DNA of 53,036 nt, counting the filler, from Sphacelaria rigidula (Eukaryota): assembly GCA_964200075.2 (NCBI GenBank). It is 3 parts of 3 records of this genome, joined end to end, with 100 filler letters (N's around TTAATTAATTAA, not from the genome) between each part and the next. Parts side by side here need not be neighbours in the genome. Positions count along the whole stretch, not along the records: positions 17,716 to 35,326 come from CAXNAA020001028.1; positions 35,427 to 53,036 come from CAXNAA020001029.1; 1 more part is not named here. The stretch is one strand, 5' to 3'. Shown one piece after another: positions 34,491 through 47,699 of the stretch (the first letter of the stretch is position 1; every line of letters begins with the position of its first letter). The notes beneath the pieces are model-generated. The model was not told the DNA's origin and did not search any database. It saw only the letters and a list, made by a program, of their open reading frames with translations. A program made the translations under genes and the position numbers.

Positions 34491-35326
34491 CAGCAGCATA
34501 GAGCACGAGTGAGCACATGGATAGATACGCTCCTGCAGGTGGGTATGCTCTGTTTATGTTTTGTTGGCGAAAACTTGAGCATCTTCTTTCATGATAGGAT
34601 GAGCGACGGAACTGCGTGGTAGGGTGGGCAACCGGCTTGCATACACGTTCATGGACAGTGCAGGTACCGCAAAGCTGCACTTTGCTCAAGTCCTTTTCAC
34701 GTCGCATTGTACGCGGAGAGAGCATATACTGTAGTCCTGCGCTGTTTGTAGTGCACGTTGCCCGCTTCCCTTTCACACCCTACTGTTCGAAACACGCGTA
34801 CACACGCCCAGACACACTGTATGCAATTAGTGCAGGCAGATAGGCTGTCTGTACTGTACACAAGCAACCGAGTACCGTTCCACGAATTATACTGATTTTT
34901 TTCGATCGAAGGCTTGAAAATTCGCCTGGATCCAACTCGACAAATATGAGCGAATCCCGCTCATATCAATCCCATCGCCCCTTTTTTTCGATCGAAAAAA
35001 CATGCGCCAAGATACGCCCTGAAAAAAAAAGCGAGACACGAAACGACAAGCGTCCCAAAGCAGCGCGTTGATTGGTCGCCACGGGCGGGTCTATGGTTGA
35101 GGAGACGAGTCGGTATGCTGCTTTTGGACGCTAGTTTCGTTCTGCGCTTGTTGTCAGTTGCACCAGTTCGACCACTGGGAGATGGCGGCATATATATATA
35201 TATATATATATATTTATATTGCACACTATCAACCTTAACCCCTCCCCCTAGGTTAGACACCCGTGAGGCAGTGTAAAAGCCGTGGCTGTCTCTTGAGGTG
35301 GCGATACCACAGAATAAAGCAACTCA

Positions 35327-35426
35327 NNNNNNNNNNNNNNNNNNNNNNNNNNNNNNNNNNNNNNNNNNNNTTAATTAATTAANNNNNNNNNNNNNNNNNN
35401 NNNNNNNNNNNNNNNNNNNNNNNNNN
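35327..35426. other. Artificial scaffold linker N44-TTAATTAATTAA-N44
   Basis: Same 100-bp structure as 17616-17715. Confidence 0.97.
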
Positions 35427-37635
35427 GAATAACCAAATCCACGATTTCTTCGGTCCGATTGCCCAAAAGGGAGAAAAAAGTTGACCGCTGGTCCAAGGGG
35501 TGTCCACGCAACTTTTGCGCCATTCCACGTGTCTGGGCTGCGTGGGTTGCAACGCTGAAAACAAAGCCTAGGGGTTGATTCGTACTAATCGGATCAATTA
35601 TACTAAAACCAAGTAATGTCCACACGAATCATCACTAGTCTGACCCTTGAATAGGTTCATATTTTGACCGGTCGTCTTGTAGTCGATTAGTTTTCTATTC
35701 CTCCCGTGGGTCTGAGTTTTCTTTTTTTCATTTTGTGGCGTACGCGGAAGATGTGTGTGCGTTCGGGTGGTATGTCGTTGCACTCCACTTCCTGAGTACG
35801 TGCGTGGAGCCGCACTCTCTGTATTTTTGTATCTGTTTGGTGCGTACGCACTGTGCGTGGAGTGTGGATGGTTTTGTCGGTGTAGCATCTTCGGCGTATA
35901 TATTTTTGTGTTTCCGTGTCTCGCTCTGACTCACTGCAAGCTCCACAGCACGAGTCTGGATGCAACACGCGCACTCCTTTCTGCCCTTGTTGAGCTGACT
36001 CGCAAGTGGGTTCACATTTCGACCGATCGTGTTGCAGTCGAGTAATCTATCTTGTATCCGCCGGGCTAATTTTCCTTTTTTGTTTTGTGGCGTACGCGGA
36101 AGAGGTTTGTGCGGGCCTGACTATGATTTTTGGTAATGGCCATATTTGTTAATGTCGTACGAGTACTATTTCCTTGAGAATGCGGCGGCTGGATATCTAT
36201 TCGTTTTATTCTACGGTTATGGCCAACGGTGGAATGCAGAGGTTAGTTTCGGAAACCATCCTTGTCATTATTTGTGTATGAATGTTTCCGTCCTTCTGTC
36301 TGTCTTCCTGCCGTATACGCCTTTCGTTGAGGGCGTACATGTCTGCAGCGGGGTGGGGGGGACACGAAACAGGGTTCTCACCACATCGGCCGGTGGTTCT
36401 TGGGGAATACTCTACCAACCCTGGCGAGAAGCGGATCGAATGAAAACTGTCAACCACGGGATGAATCCGATTCATTTTTTTATGGTAACTGTCTAGTCGA
36501 CGAGCAAAAATCTACAAATCTACGAACTCTAGTTTCGCAGAAAGCACACGTGCCTGAAACGATTGGAGTTCCGAAACGCCTCTTCAGGCCTCATCCGAGG
36601 CCTTGCGCGGTTTCGGTAGTGGGTTGCCACTGAAAGCTCTGATATCCCCGAGTAAAAACTCGTCGTATTACTGTAAGCACGCGTCATCGTTACCGGAAAA
36701 AAAAAAAAAAACGTGATGAGTTGGTCGAGTTCGAGCGAAGCACGAAACCTACCCGCAGTCAACGCTAGACTCTCACTCTCGCGGGGATCCGGTCACGACG
36801 AGCCTCTCTTTTGTCAGAATATGGAGGCACACCCGTCGCTCGCCCACTCCTCTCGTCGACTATCGGGGTGCACAATCGTTGGCCGACTGCTTTCATTTTC
36901 GGAACCGATAATGAGTAAAAAATACTCTACTTCCTCCGTTCCGTGAGTTGGGGGAGACTAACGCGCATCAGAAGCGTTCACCCCAATGGCGTGTGTGAGC
37001 GATAATAAAGTTGGTTTCGGTGGGAAGATGGAACGTAGGGGATGCCGACGACGCACGTAAGAAGGAAATCCGACGTATATTTTTTTTGGTTCAAGACTCG
37101 GGTCGATATTGACCCAAAATTGGTCACTTCAGATCCGCTTTTTTTTTTGCCATACCCGTGCTGGACATGAGCGAAAACGCTACAAGGTGTTCTCGTGGAG
37201 AGAGAGGCCAGCTGTGCCTCTGCACAAGAAGCCACCTGAAAGGAACGGTTTTTGGCATTTTATTGCCATTTTCCCCCGCATTTCCATTTTTTTCCGCTCC
37301 CGAAAAAAAGAGCTAAACTTGGCCACGTCCAAATCCTAACATATATGCAAATCCCACGCCGACTGCTTGAAATGGTCTTCGTCTCCATGGGTAAGCGTTA
37401 CAATACGCGCGAGTGCTTGTGAAGTTGGCATTTATGAATCTCTAGGCTGCGCATTTTTTAAGAGTCCAACAATATATGGACAAGCATTGGTGTTAGACTC
37501 GACGACCGCGTTTGGAAACAGCGAGAATCGACTAAAAAAACACGAAGCGCGAACGCCGATCTTCTCGAGCGCCAGATTCGATTGTTCTAGATGATGGGCA
37601 AAAATGTAGAAGGCCGAGTAGAAGACAATGGAGCT

Positions 37636-38046
37636 GGTTGCGGTCGCGGCTCCAATGCCGGTGAATTACGTCCACTAGCCTTCTCTTCACGTTACTGGGG
37701 AGAGGCCAGCGAGCACCGCCAACGAACATGGCCAACTCTCTGTGGCAGCTAGCTCTGGCCCAACAGAGGGAAGCGTTGAGGAGGAAGAGAGTGATGGCAG
37801 TCTTGAATCACCCGCAACGATGAAAAGTCTGAATATGTCTTGATACTATTCAGACTTTTCATCGTTGCGGGTGATTCAAGACTGCCATCACTCTCTTCCT
37901 CCTCAACGCTTTCCTCTGTTGGGCCAGAGATAGCTGCCATAGAGAGTTGGCCATGTTCGTTGGCGGTGCTCGCTGGCCTCTCCCCAGTAACGCGAAGAGA
38001 AGGCTAGTGGACGTAATTCGCCGGCATTGGAGCCGCGACCGCAACC
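37636..38046. repeat. 200-bp near-perfect inverted repeat with 11-nt loop; candidate hairpin RNA/MIR locus
   Basis: Arms 37636-37835 and 37847-38046, about 5 mismatches by eye, loop TGTCTTGATAC. Confidence 0.95.
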
Positions 38047-38251
38047 GCCGCAGCGGCCGCGTCGGCTTCGGTGACGACGGGCGCCGCCTTCTGCTCCACC
38101 TGCCCCACCCGTCCCCTGTTTGCCCGTTGCTTTAGCTGCTCTTTTTGCCTTCTTCGCCTTCGCTGTTGTTGCCGCCGCAATTGCTTTCTCTTTAGCTCGC
38201 ACTTCCAAATTTCTTTGTGGAGGGTTTCCATGATGTCCGCCTCCTGCTCCC
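37847..38251 (-). pseudogene. Exon relic with an in-frame stop (Q/R-rich coiled-coil then acidic segment)
   Basis: CAG acceptor at 38252-38254. EQEADIMETLHKEIWKCELKRKQLRRQQQRRRRRQKEQ...NYVH*PSLR...EESVEEEESDGS: ORFs 38004-38411 and 37749-37940 are in the same frame, split by one TAG. Further decayed exon-like blocks lie at ~38460-38790 and ~39150-39360. Confidence 0.5.
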
Positions 38252-40941
38252 CTGATTTGACTGAGCGGTCGGGGTTGTGCAGACTGTGTAATGAACAGAG
38301 CAAGAGCAGAAGTCCGGCGTAGCATATCGTGGTGTGGATTAAGGTGTTCCTGTCGGGGGGCCGTGCACAAATATTTTTTTTTTCCGTCCAGTACACGCAG
38401 GGCACATGCATTCCGACAGTCTTCGCGTGCGGGATATTGCATACGCGAAAGACCCCCCCTACTCCCCCTGAACAACCGTAAGGCAGGCTTGATGACCTGT
38501 AGGTGGGCAGAGGGTACGTGATGTGACCCGGGGTTTCGGAGGCACGGCTTTGCTCGCCTGCTCGTTTATCTTCCCCTCAAGGATCATAATTTGTAGGCCC
38601 CGCCTGCCGTCAGCATTTGTACCTGCTGCCGGTAAACGTAAGCTCAAACGTCGTAACGTATTACCCACACACGCTAGAGGACGTTCCTGTCCCAAACGGA
38701 GTTCTAATCGTTCCGGATAGCACACGAAGGCTCAGCAAACGTTGCCCACCAGAGAGAATCCTTCCCTTCCTGGTAGAAGTTACCCTTCTCGCCTATGTGA
38801 GGATGGACACGCACAAAAGAGTGAATATATATTTGTGAATACAGCCCCGACATCAGCGCATGGTGGATGGGGCGCGCGCGATTCTATCCCTCCTCCGAAT
38901 CCTTGTCGCCGCCTATATCGATTTCGCGGCTGAAACCACAGGCAGATGAGCAATTCGTTGTTGCTCAACACCGACACGGAATGGGAAACATGCAGTGCAT
39001 CCTGACGTGTCTCCTTATGTTCTTTTTCGGCCCCTCTATATCCGCGAAAGCTAAGCGCACACAAGAAAAGCACCAAAGGGCGCTCCGGGACGAAACTCCC
39101 AAGTGTGGCGTTTCGGAAGAGGACAAAATATTAGGAAAATGCATCAGACCGTGTGGCGGTGACTTGCGTGTTGGGATGCTCAGGTCTCCTGCGCTCGCGC
39201 TATTTGGATTCATTCGCCCCCGGCGCCAAGGGCCTCAATCTCCACAAGAGCGGGTCTACCGCATTGCCTCGGCCTTCACTTCTGTCTCCCGGAGTGCGGG
39301 TCATAAGAAGTCGGTCTGCAACGGATCTCTGAGGAACAAGGGTCAACAGCAGTGCTTTGCCTGACAGTGGACTGAGCTACTGGAGACAGAGCTACAGCTC
39401 CCCTAACCCTTTTAGATATTGGAGGTTGGGGTGGCGGTCCCAGCTATAGAACAACACCAGTAGTTGTGCGAGTGAAATGAGCTGGTTCCGCTGTCCGACA
39501 GTTCACGAGATTAGACTATGTAGATGCCAGTGCAGCAATGGAAGATGTTGTGTTTCGGTCCCGAATGTGTTTTCGAACCGTACCTTGACCACCGCCGAAA
39601 GCAGTGTAGTGGTCGAACTTGAAATAAAACATTCTGGACCGACAGCGATTTTCACGTGTTCCGGATACCACGATTCATCACTGTTTCTGTTTGATCTATG
39701 ACTTTGGGAATCGAGACACGAGCTTACCGGTCTTCAGGGGTGCTGCGAGAGTGCAGTTTCCGGTTCTCCTTTGATATTGCCGCTCCACCGAACCGATCCT
39801 GCGAGGTCCGGCGTAAACCCGGCGTGCTCCGTCCCGGCTTTGTAGGGATGCGAGGTCAATGGTCTGATGACTATGGCATGCATGATCATGAGTACACCGA
39901 ACCGATCGGGATCGTTACAACAAGCAATGGCATGCCTTCAGGTGTTCTACTTTCTCGATATTCATTGCGCTATAGCCGAAAAAACCGTGTTTTCGTTTCA
40001 TGTACGGTCAATACCACCCTCTCGATAAACGAGGTTTTACTCCGTATCGTTCCGACAACATCAAGATTGCAAAATCTGTGTGGCGCACGACCTGTTCCTT
40101 CTTCCAACGCCTACCGACTGCCAGACTTTCGAGTGGAGGCGACGAATCGTCTGTGAAGAAATCCAGATAAGGAGAATATTTTGTTCAAAGTTTGACCTCT
40201 GTACAACAGCAGCAGAGTCGTGCACACACACTCGTATGCCGGTGAATTGTGCGTTTTTCATTTAACTGGCCCATGCAGCAATCAGTCCGCGATTGAACGA
40301 GTTATTTCTGAAACCAACTGTGACGGCGCCCGACTACTCTGCAGCAACTATCCATATCCTCCACACAACAGCAACTGCAGCAGCTAGAACAGCTACAGCA
40401 CAGACATTCCCTGCCCGCAAAGGCTTCCCCGCGCCTGTTTCCTTGGCGGCTAACAGGCTTTTCCCTCCCACAGCATTGCGGCCCATTATGTCCAAGTTTA
40501 GCCAAGTATGAGAGTTCGTGGAATTGGCCTTGTCATGTAGCCACTGGAGGAAGGCCCCAGCCGCGAATGACTCGTAGTTTTGTCACTGCTGCCGCAAACT
40601 TCCCCGGCTTGCTGTACGTCACGTCGCTGTCCTTGACGTTCATGGCAGCATGGTACCCCGGCACCGCCTGAAATAGACATGCTTCTGCTACGTTGGGGGT
40701 GGCCTCCCACTGTGCATGTTACTCATCCTCTTGATGACCCATTCCGCCGACGCATTCAACTTTAGCAGCAACGAGGGGGGCATGGTCGATTACTTATGTG
40801 CTCGAAAGAACCGGCACTGATGTTAGTTAGTGCGGTGACGCTGCATCACTACAAGCGAACCACAACACACGAGACACGAGACACCTTCGGGACTGTGAGC
40901 TGCTGAAACACGCTGCACATAAAAGTCGAAACCCTGGTGGA

Positions 40942-41330
40942 TAGAGCTCGGAAATGGTTTGTCTAACCATTAATCAGTTAAATGATAACGCGTAGCGCAC
41001 TCATTAACCAGTAAAATGGTACATAATGGTTTGGTCATCGAGCGGCGCAGCCCCTCCCCCTCGCCGGAGGCGCCCCCGGAGGGCCCCGCTGAAGGCGCCG
41101 TGCCGGAGGCATTTTTTCACGCAATTTGACTTCACTAGACTAGAAGAAAAAATAATTTGGACCAATTTTCAAGGACTGTATGTAGCATACGTAACCGGTA
41201 ACGGCTTGTTAAAGCCGGTAACGGTAAATAAAAGTTTGAAACCATTATCCAATATTTTCATATACCCATTACCATCATTACCATTATACTGATAATGGCC
41301 AGTTATAAGTGGTACCATCTCCGAGCTCTT
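40942..41330. mobile_element. hAT-like MITE (family H, copy 2)
   Basis: TAGAGCTCGGAAATGGT...ACCATCTCCGAGCTCTT with a perfect 8-bp TSD CTGGTGGA (40934-40941 and 41331-41338). Confidence 0.85.
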
Positions 41331-41699
41331 CTGGTGGAAGTATTCAAATCAGAACAATATAGTATGGAAATTTGTGTGCTGCCATAAGATCGTCCCCGAA
41401 CCTGCATTTGCCGCGGATTGATTTCACCCGAATTGAAAAATCTCGGGGCCAAAAATATGTTGCCATAACATGCGGCCTAATGTCAGTCAGTCCGTGATCA
41501 TCCCCCGAATTCGGATCCTCGAGGTCTGGAGATGGTCGTTGAAAATGCGTTTGATGGCTTTTTTTCATGTTTTTTTTTTTCGGTAACGGCCTTGACTTGA
41601 CTCCTGTGTCGACATTGCGACGTCATTTGGGTGCACAACTCCTTCTACAGCGAGAACGGTACGCAGCACGCGCAAGCCACGCGTTGCCAACAACACAGT

Positions 41700-41830
41700 G
41701 TTCTCCGCTGAGTCATGTTGTGTAACTCACCTACCTGGTCAGAATATGAACCGCTGAGATATGCTGTATAACTCACCAGATCGGGATATGCACCGCTGAG
41801 GTATGTTGCATACCTCACGGCTGACTCATC
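41700..41830 (+). repeat. Degenerate units of the 42-bp repeat seen at 49527-50277
   Basis: CCGCTGAG.....TAACTCAC units; TATAACTCACCAGATCGG..A.TGCACCGCTGAG is shared with 50226-50258. Confidence 0.7.
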
Positions 41831-42844
41831 AGAAAATGGGGGCTACACCGTACAACTCACTTGACCGGAAACATGCGGAACACAGCGGTCAACAGTTTTC
41901 GGTGCGCCTGACCCTCCAAAATGGGCAAAAAATCGTCACCGACCAAAGACACGAAGAGACCACAGATCTTGTTCAGCCACAGGTTATGACGGCGTAAAAA
42001 AGCCCAAGACACTTGCGATTTGAGTGAGGTTTCCAGTTCACGATTTCGAATTTTACTCGTCCCAGAATACGAACCACGGCGTGGCTCGGCTACTCACCGG
42101 CGTGTATTTGTCCAAGCTACAATCTTGGTGCAAACGTTTGGGCGAAATAAGTTAAGGTGATCGAGAAAACCGCAAAAAAAAAACATGATTTTTCCACTTG
42201 ATTCGTTATAAAACTCGGATCCTGGTGAGATAAAGATAGAACATTACCCAACAGTTGTAGCTGTGGGTTTGGCGCAGATAACACAAAAGATCGTATCCCA
42301 ACCAATGGCTTTGGCCGGGAGTATATTCTGAAGTAGATTGGGATATCAGCGGACACAAATGCCTCCAACCCTCGCCAATTTCCATGACACTCGAAAACCT
42401 CACCCCTGTCCAACGACCTCAGAGCATGTGACACACGAATAACTCTTGATGCTGGTTCAAAGGACAGTGGCAACGTAGTGTAGATGGTTGATACATCGGA
42501 TGTGTGGAATGTTTCAAAGCTGTAGAATTCGAAACTTCGATCGACCCCCAAGCTGTCTCTGTGCATCGCTCGTCTCGGTGGCGAAAGTGGCGCTCGTTCT
42601 CATGCACCGAGTGCAATCACCACGCCGTCGATAGCGTGCGTTAGTATCTAATATCACTTGACGGCAACTATGGGCAAACATGAGGAGAAATATAGGCCAC
42701 CTAGTAAGCTGGCGCGTCTGAAAGAGTACAAGAAAAAATCCGACCAGTATGCTGCACGCGATGGCCGCATATTCCAACAGGTGGTACGAATGGGTCGCAC
42801 GGAAGCAAGCAAGAATTGCTGTGACCTTGCAGCAGCGAAGCGAC

Positions 42845-43035
42845 CAAACCGTAGCCCTGACCCTGACCCTAACCCTAACCCCAACGATGGTATGCCGAGA
42901 ACCCCCGGGCAAGGGGTGCGCAAAGTGGTCCGTAGGCGAAGTGTGCGTTGCCAGACCTCAAATCGACGCCCCAGGCGCCGATTTAGACAATACCGCGTTC
43001 TGCGCACGCTAGGAGCATGCAAGGAGCACAGCCCC
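42845..43035. repeat. Repeat with CCCTGACCCTAACCCTAA tract, related to 31230-31400
   Basis: CCGAGAACCCCCGGGCAAGGG versus CCCTTGCCCGAGGGTTCTCGG; AGGCGCCGATT motif is shared. Confidence 0.65.
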
Positions 43036-43109
43036 CTTAAAAAATCCAGATTTCGGTGTCTACACTAAAATCAAGATGGACTAACTTACCCTCCCGCATT
43101 GTAAACCAT

Positions 43110-44046
43110 GCACACGTCGGACGGATCACTTTCTGTAAGACGCAGGTCATACAGCTCAATCAAGTATGAACACACCTCTGTACCCGACTCGGGTGATACA
43201 GTGCAACTAGTTATGGAACGGCCCTCGTGATCCGGATATCATCGATCACGAGGGAGGTATCTTGTACGGGTTATGAGGATGCACAGGTTCTTCTTGACTT
43301 TTCGTGTACACCTGATTCGGGTTTCATAGATGTGCCCAAGGAGATCATGTACGGATACTCGAGTCATACAGATCATCATCCGACATATATGTACGAATCA
43401 CACGGGTCATACAGATCATCAGACGGATATGTACAAATCGCACGTGTAGTACAGGTCAGGTGACGAATACTGAATACTGTTCATTGTATATTCCATTCGG
43501 ATGCACCGACAGTGCTCATTTTCGGAAAAAATATGCACCCCTACCGTGGAACCACTCGGAATAAAATATACGTACTTCGTGTTCCATACGCCCGGGTTGC
43601 CACAGCTAACGTCCGAACTTGTGAACATGCAGTGTACCCGGGCCATACAGGTCAACAGGTGAGGGAGCTGAATTCTGTTTTCTTTCATACTTGATCCGGA
43701 TCTTATGGGTGCTGGGAAGAGTTTCTTGTATTCTGTACTAGATTCGGATTCCACAGATGAGGGGTAGCTTTTGGTGTACATGAGGTTCAAATCGCACGGG
43801 TCGACGACAAGCTACTGCGCTTGCCTGACCCGAGTGATATGAATAACGACTATGTCATGTTGTACAGATGACACGGGTCTGCAGACAGTTGTACACGAAA
43901 GTGTGTGTGTGTGTGTGTGTGTGTGTGAAGCGGATCGTACAGCTCGTCGCTCGGAAAACATGTACGGGTCAAGCGGGTCCTACGGATCAGCATCGGACAA
44001 ACGTGTACAGGTTACAGCTCACCTCGGACGGATCGTGATCTAAGCC
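43110..44046. repeat. GATC/GTAC-motif-rich non-autonomous repeat with internal (TG)n
   Basis: Dense recurring GATC, GTAC and CAGATCATCA motifs; (TG)n at ~43901-43927. Confidence 0.45.
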
Positions 44047-45629
44047 CCAAATGAGCTGACCCGGATCCATCGCGAGTTGATCCGTCCGACGTGTGAAACT
44101 ATGCTGCGTCATCAAGACAGCATCAAATACAGCATCAAATCGTCGGCCCACTTTTGCTGAAGCCACACGGCACCGAAGCCTCCGTCATGTCTTTCAGTTG
44201 ACCCACCCGTCCTTCAACACGCGTCTGTTGTACTCGGTACAGGTGGGTGACACACGTGGTGACGGTTTCTTTCCATTTCCTCTTGGGACACGAATATCTT
44301 CCGAGTCCGATTAAGTATCATGTTCATGAAATGAAACGTCATGTCCACGGAAAGACAAATACACTTGCACAAGACGAGTCATTCTTCCGCCGAAAATGCG
44401 GAACGATGACATCCGATGAATCAAGTCCCTCAAAACATGAGGAGGTGGTCGACCAACATCCGCCCAGCCCACATCACACACCCGGCGACTGTTTACTCCA
44501 CTCGTCTGAGCAAGGGACGTCCGCGTTGAGGTTCATCAGTACATATGGCTTTGTCGCATGTTGACAGGACGATGTTGGTCCAATTTCGATGCGCATCCCC
44601 CCACAACATTGTTCGATTACATTCATGCCCGAAGTCTACGCAAACAACATGGACGAACCACAAACGATTGTATCGTTGTATCCCTAACCGAAAAATTGCG
44701 CCTCAGACCCTCATCCCTCGACATCGATTAGAGATGATGTCCCGTCTGATAAATCCGATTCGCTGCAGTCTTAGCTTGTCCAAGCGAGGCAAAATCAGGC
44801 TGGTCGTCCCACTCATGCCAGGATTTCTTGCCGCGCGGCCCCATGAAAAAGCCGCTGCCAACCCGCTTGTGATCGAGATGTGCAGTATGTCCGAAAGATA
44901 CCACACACGTGCTACAAATATATAGGTATCTTAGAGTTCGTCTGGAGCAGGTGCAGGGGCACTTCGTCTGGAGCAGGTGCAGGGGCACTTTCTGCTGCTT
45001 GTGGTTCAGCATCCGTGTTTTGCGGACCCCTTGGGAGCGGCTGCGCAAAGTCAGCGGCGTTGTCCGGCATGTTCTTAGTGTGACCAAAGCGATAGACGTC
45101 ATTCGCCAACACTCAAGTAGGGAATTTCCCATGTTACCTGCGCAACTGCGACAGCTGGGACGACGAAACATAGGCTACGACGCAAGACGGGACTAACGGT
45201 GTGTAACAGCTGAACTGCTAAGTGTCTGCTGCCTTGCGTTTGCTTTTGTCTCCCCGGCCCATCAATTTTTCCTGGTATATTGCGTGCCACTGCGTCGTTT
45301 TTCGCCCGCGCCTGCGATACGCTTGAATGCCGGTGACAACCACGTTACGGTTCTGATTTCAGAACGCAGTCCGCTTTTTCTCCATGTGAATTTTGGTTCT
45401 AAGTCGTTCTTCGCCGATGACGTAAGGCGCATATTACCCCACGAGCCCGGATAAGCCGTGAAAGTCAGTCTGTTCATGTTTGTTGTTGATTTTGGTCGGT
45501 GGCACATCTTTCCCTCATTTTTGGTGTTGAGGCGACACATGACAGTAGCTACGTGTGTAAGTCCGTTGTGTGTGTTGCAGTGTTGACTATCGAACGGGAA
45601 AAAAAAAAGTTTGATACAACATGTTCAAA

Positions 45630-45750
45630 GTATCGACATGAAGACGTGAATATCGATCTTTTTTCGATACGCGGAGAACGACCCGATACGTATCGATACT
45701 CGATACTGATACTCGATACGATACGATACGATACGATACGATACGATACG
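45630..45750. repeat. ATCGATA-rich repeat with (GATAC)n microsatellite
   Basis: CGATACGATACGATAC run at 45714-45750. Related TATCGATA-rich blocks at 46840-46990. Confidence 0.7.
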
Positions 45751-46989
45751 GCTGTTTTAGTAGAGACACAGCTTGCAAGACCTCACGGTACTACACTGAC
45801 ACACCAGAAACCTAACCCAGATGAGTGCACGCCTGATTGTATGAAAGTACATCAGCACAAGTGTGTGGCTTGTAATCTGACATGATGGAAGTGGCGGCAC
45901 AACACTCGGCGTGATGCTTCAGTTTGACATGAATGGTTATTTATCGTGCAATAGTCAAGAAGCGAGAGGGGTATTTAGTTTGATCACAAGGGCAGGTGTG
46001 ATGCGTGACACACCATGTGTTGTTCAAGCCGGTGATAAACCAACGTATATTTCGCGGTTTTCATCGAATTTGAGCATTTACCTCGACCCTGCGCACTGCG
46101 CACCGCGAACGCACTCCTCATGATTCGATAATGAACACGCGCCAAACCTCGAAGCTGCGCAATGAATGCATTAGTACTATAGGTAAGGAAGGTAGCCGGT
46201 ACCAGTATTTGGGACACCTCATACTCTACCGATACCGGTTCAATCGGGTATTTCAAATGTCGTGCCGATAATACCCACGATACCACGATATTTCGAAATA
46301 TCTATACCTACCGTACCCGCTCGATCGGGTATTTTCAACCGTCATACCTACGATACCCACGGTACCACTCTCCCTCCGCTCTCAGCTTAGGGCACTGGGG
46401 CGGCCACTGATGCAGCCGCAGCCACCGCAGAAGACAGGTACGGACTGTTCGGCGGAAACGTCGATCGCGGTCTCTGCGCTACCACCTTTCACAAGCCGAA
46501 AGTCTGAAGGCAGCTCTTGCAGACCGGTGCGGTTCGCAGCAAGTGGACGTACAGTGCGCGGATGATGCGTGTGTGGAGTGTGGTGGGGTGGTGGGCGCTG
46601 TGCGGAGGCATTCGAAAAAGGGGGGACGATATGCTGTCTACCAACCCCCCCCCCCCCCCCCCCCCACCGCGAACACAAAAAAAAACAAACAAAGCAAACA
46701 CGAAACCACACAANNNNNNNNNNGGGGGGGGGGGGGGGGGGGGGGGGGGGGGGCGCGGGGGGGGGAATTCGAAAAAGGGGGGCCGATATGCTGTTTACAC
46801 CCCCCCCCCCCCCCCCCCTCCCCGGCAAAAAAAATAAAAATGATGTATCGACGATATCAATATCCGATATCGGTATTGACATTGATACGTATCGACAAAT
46901 ATCGGCTTGGAAACCGCCGATACCGATACTCCGTATCGACCGATATTTATCGAAATCGTATCGAGTATCGATATCCGATTTCCAACACT

Positions 46990-47220
46990 GGTGTGTTGTC
47001 ATCCCATCTATTCTGGACGCCACTCTACATCTGGCTGTGTGTATATGTGGGCGCATCAGCCGGAGTTACGGAGGGAGAAGGCCAACACAGATTTTTCCTG
47101 TTTTATTTATTTTGTAGTAGTACTCCGCTTTCCTTCTACGGTGCTTGCCTTACTGTTTTTCGCGAGAGGGGTTCAGCGGTCCCTTTCCCCCTCGTCGACG
47201 GTGAAGTCGAATTTTGTAAG
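46990..47220 (-). mobile_element. SINE family A, truncated copy
   Basis: CATCCCATCTATTCTGGACGCC...CGCGAGAGGGGTTCAGCGGTCCCTTTCCCCCTCGTCGACGGTGAAGTCGAATTTT. Confidence 0.75.
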
Positions 47221-47699
47221 TGGGAACAGGTTGTCACGTGACACGTCTGCTTGTACGTGCAGCTTGAGAATCCTCTGGGGTTGATCCGCATATCGAATAA
47301 ACACTGCTGCAAGTGCAGTAGAGAGTTTCGGGAAAACACAAAAACAGGTCAGAAAAGCTCAGGGATAATTGATGAAGTTGAGATTCAAGGTCAGGATATG
47401 ACGAGTCTCCCTAGTTGGACCCTGAAAACGAAATCTTGAGGAGAGACGTCACCGGCAACTCAAGATTAATTTGAAATTTTGAAAATAACCCATGAGTTGT
47501 GAACCAGCCCAAAACGTTGGTGCCCGACTTGGGGCTAGGAAACGGAACTAGACACCCCGCCCCACAACGACCAAGGTGAGAGAACACAGCCGTAGGACGA
47601 ACATCGTGCGTAGGGCGATAGCGGATGCCGTGGACGCCCGCGACACTGCTGGTGATGGCAGGTCGTTCACGAGGGTCGCCCAAGACTACGAGGAAGACT

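Noticed and set aside
42117-42566. Penelope-like RT (SDVSTIYTTLP resembles an RT motif)
   Set aside because: Only one short motif, with no downstream G.pmG or YxDD motif; probably chance.
46382-47241. Gly/Pro-rich ORFs
   Set aside because: Translations of poly-G/C runs, an N gap and a SINE.
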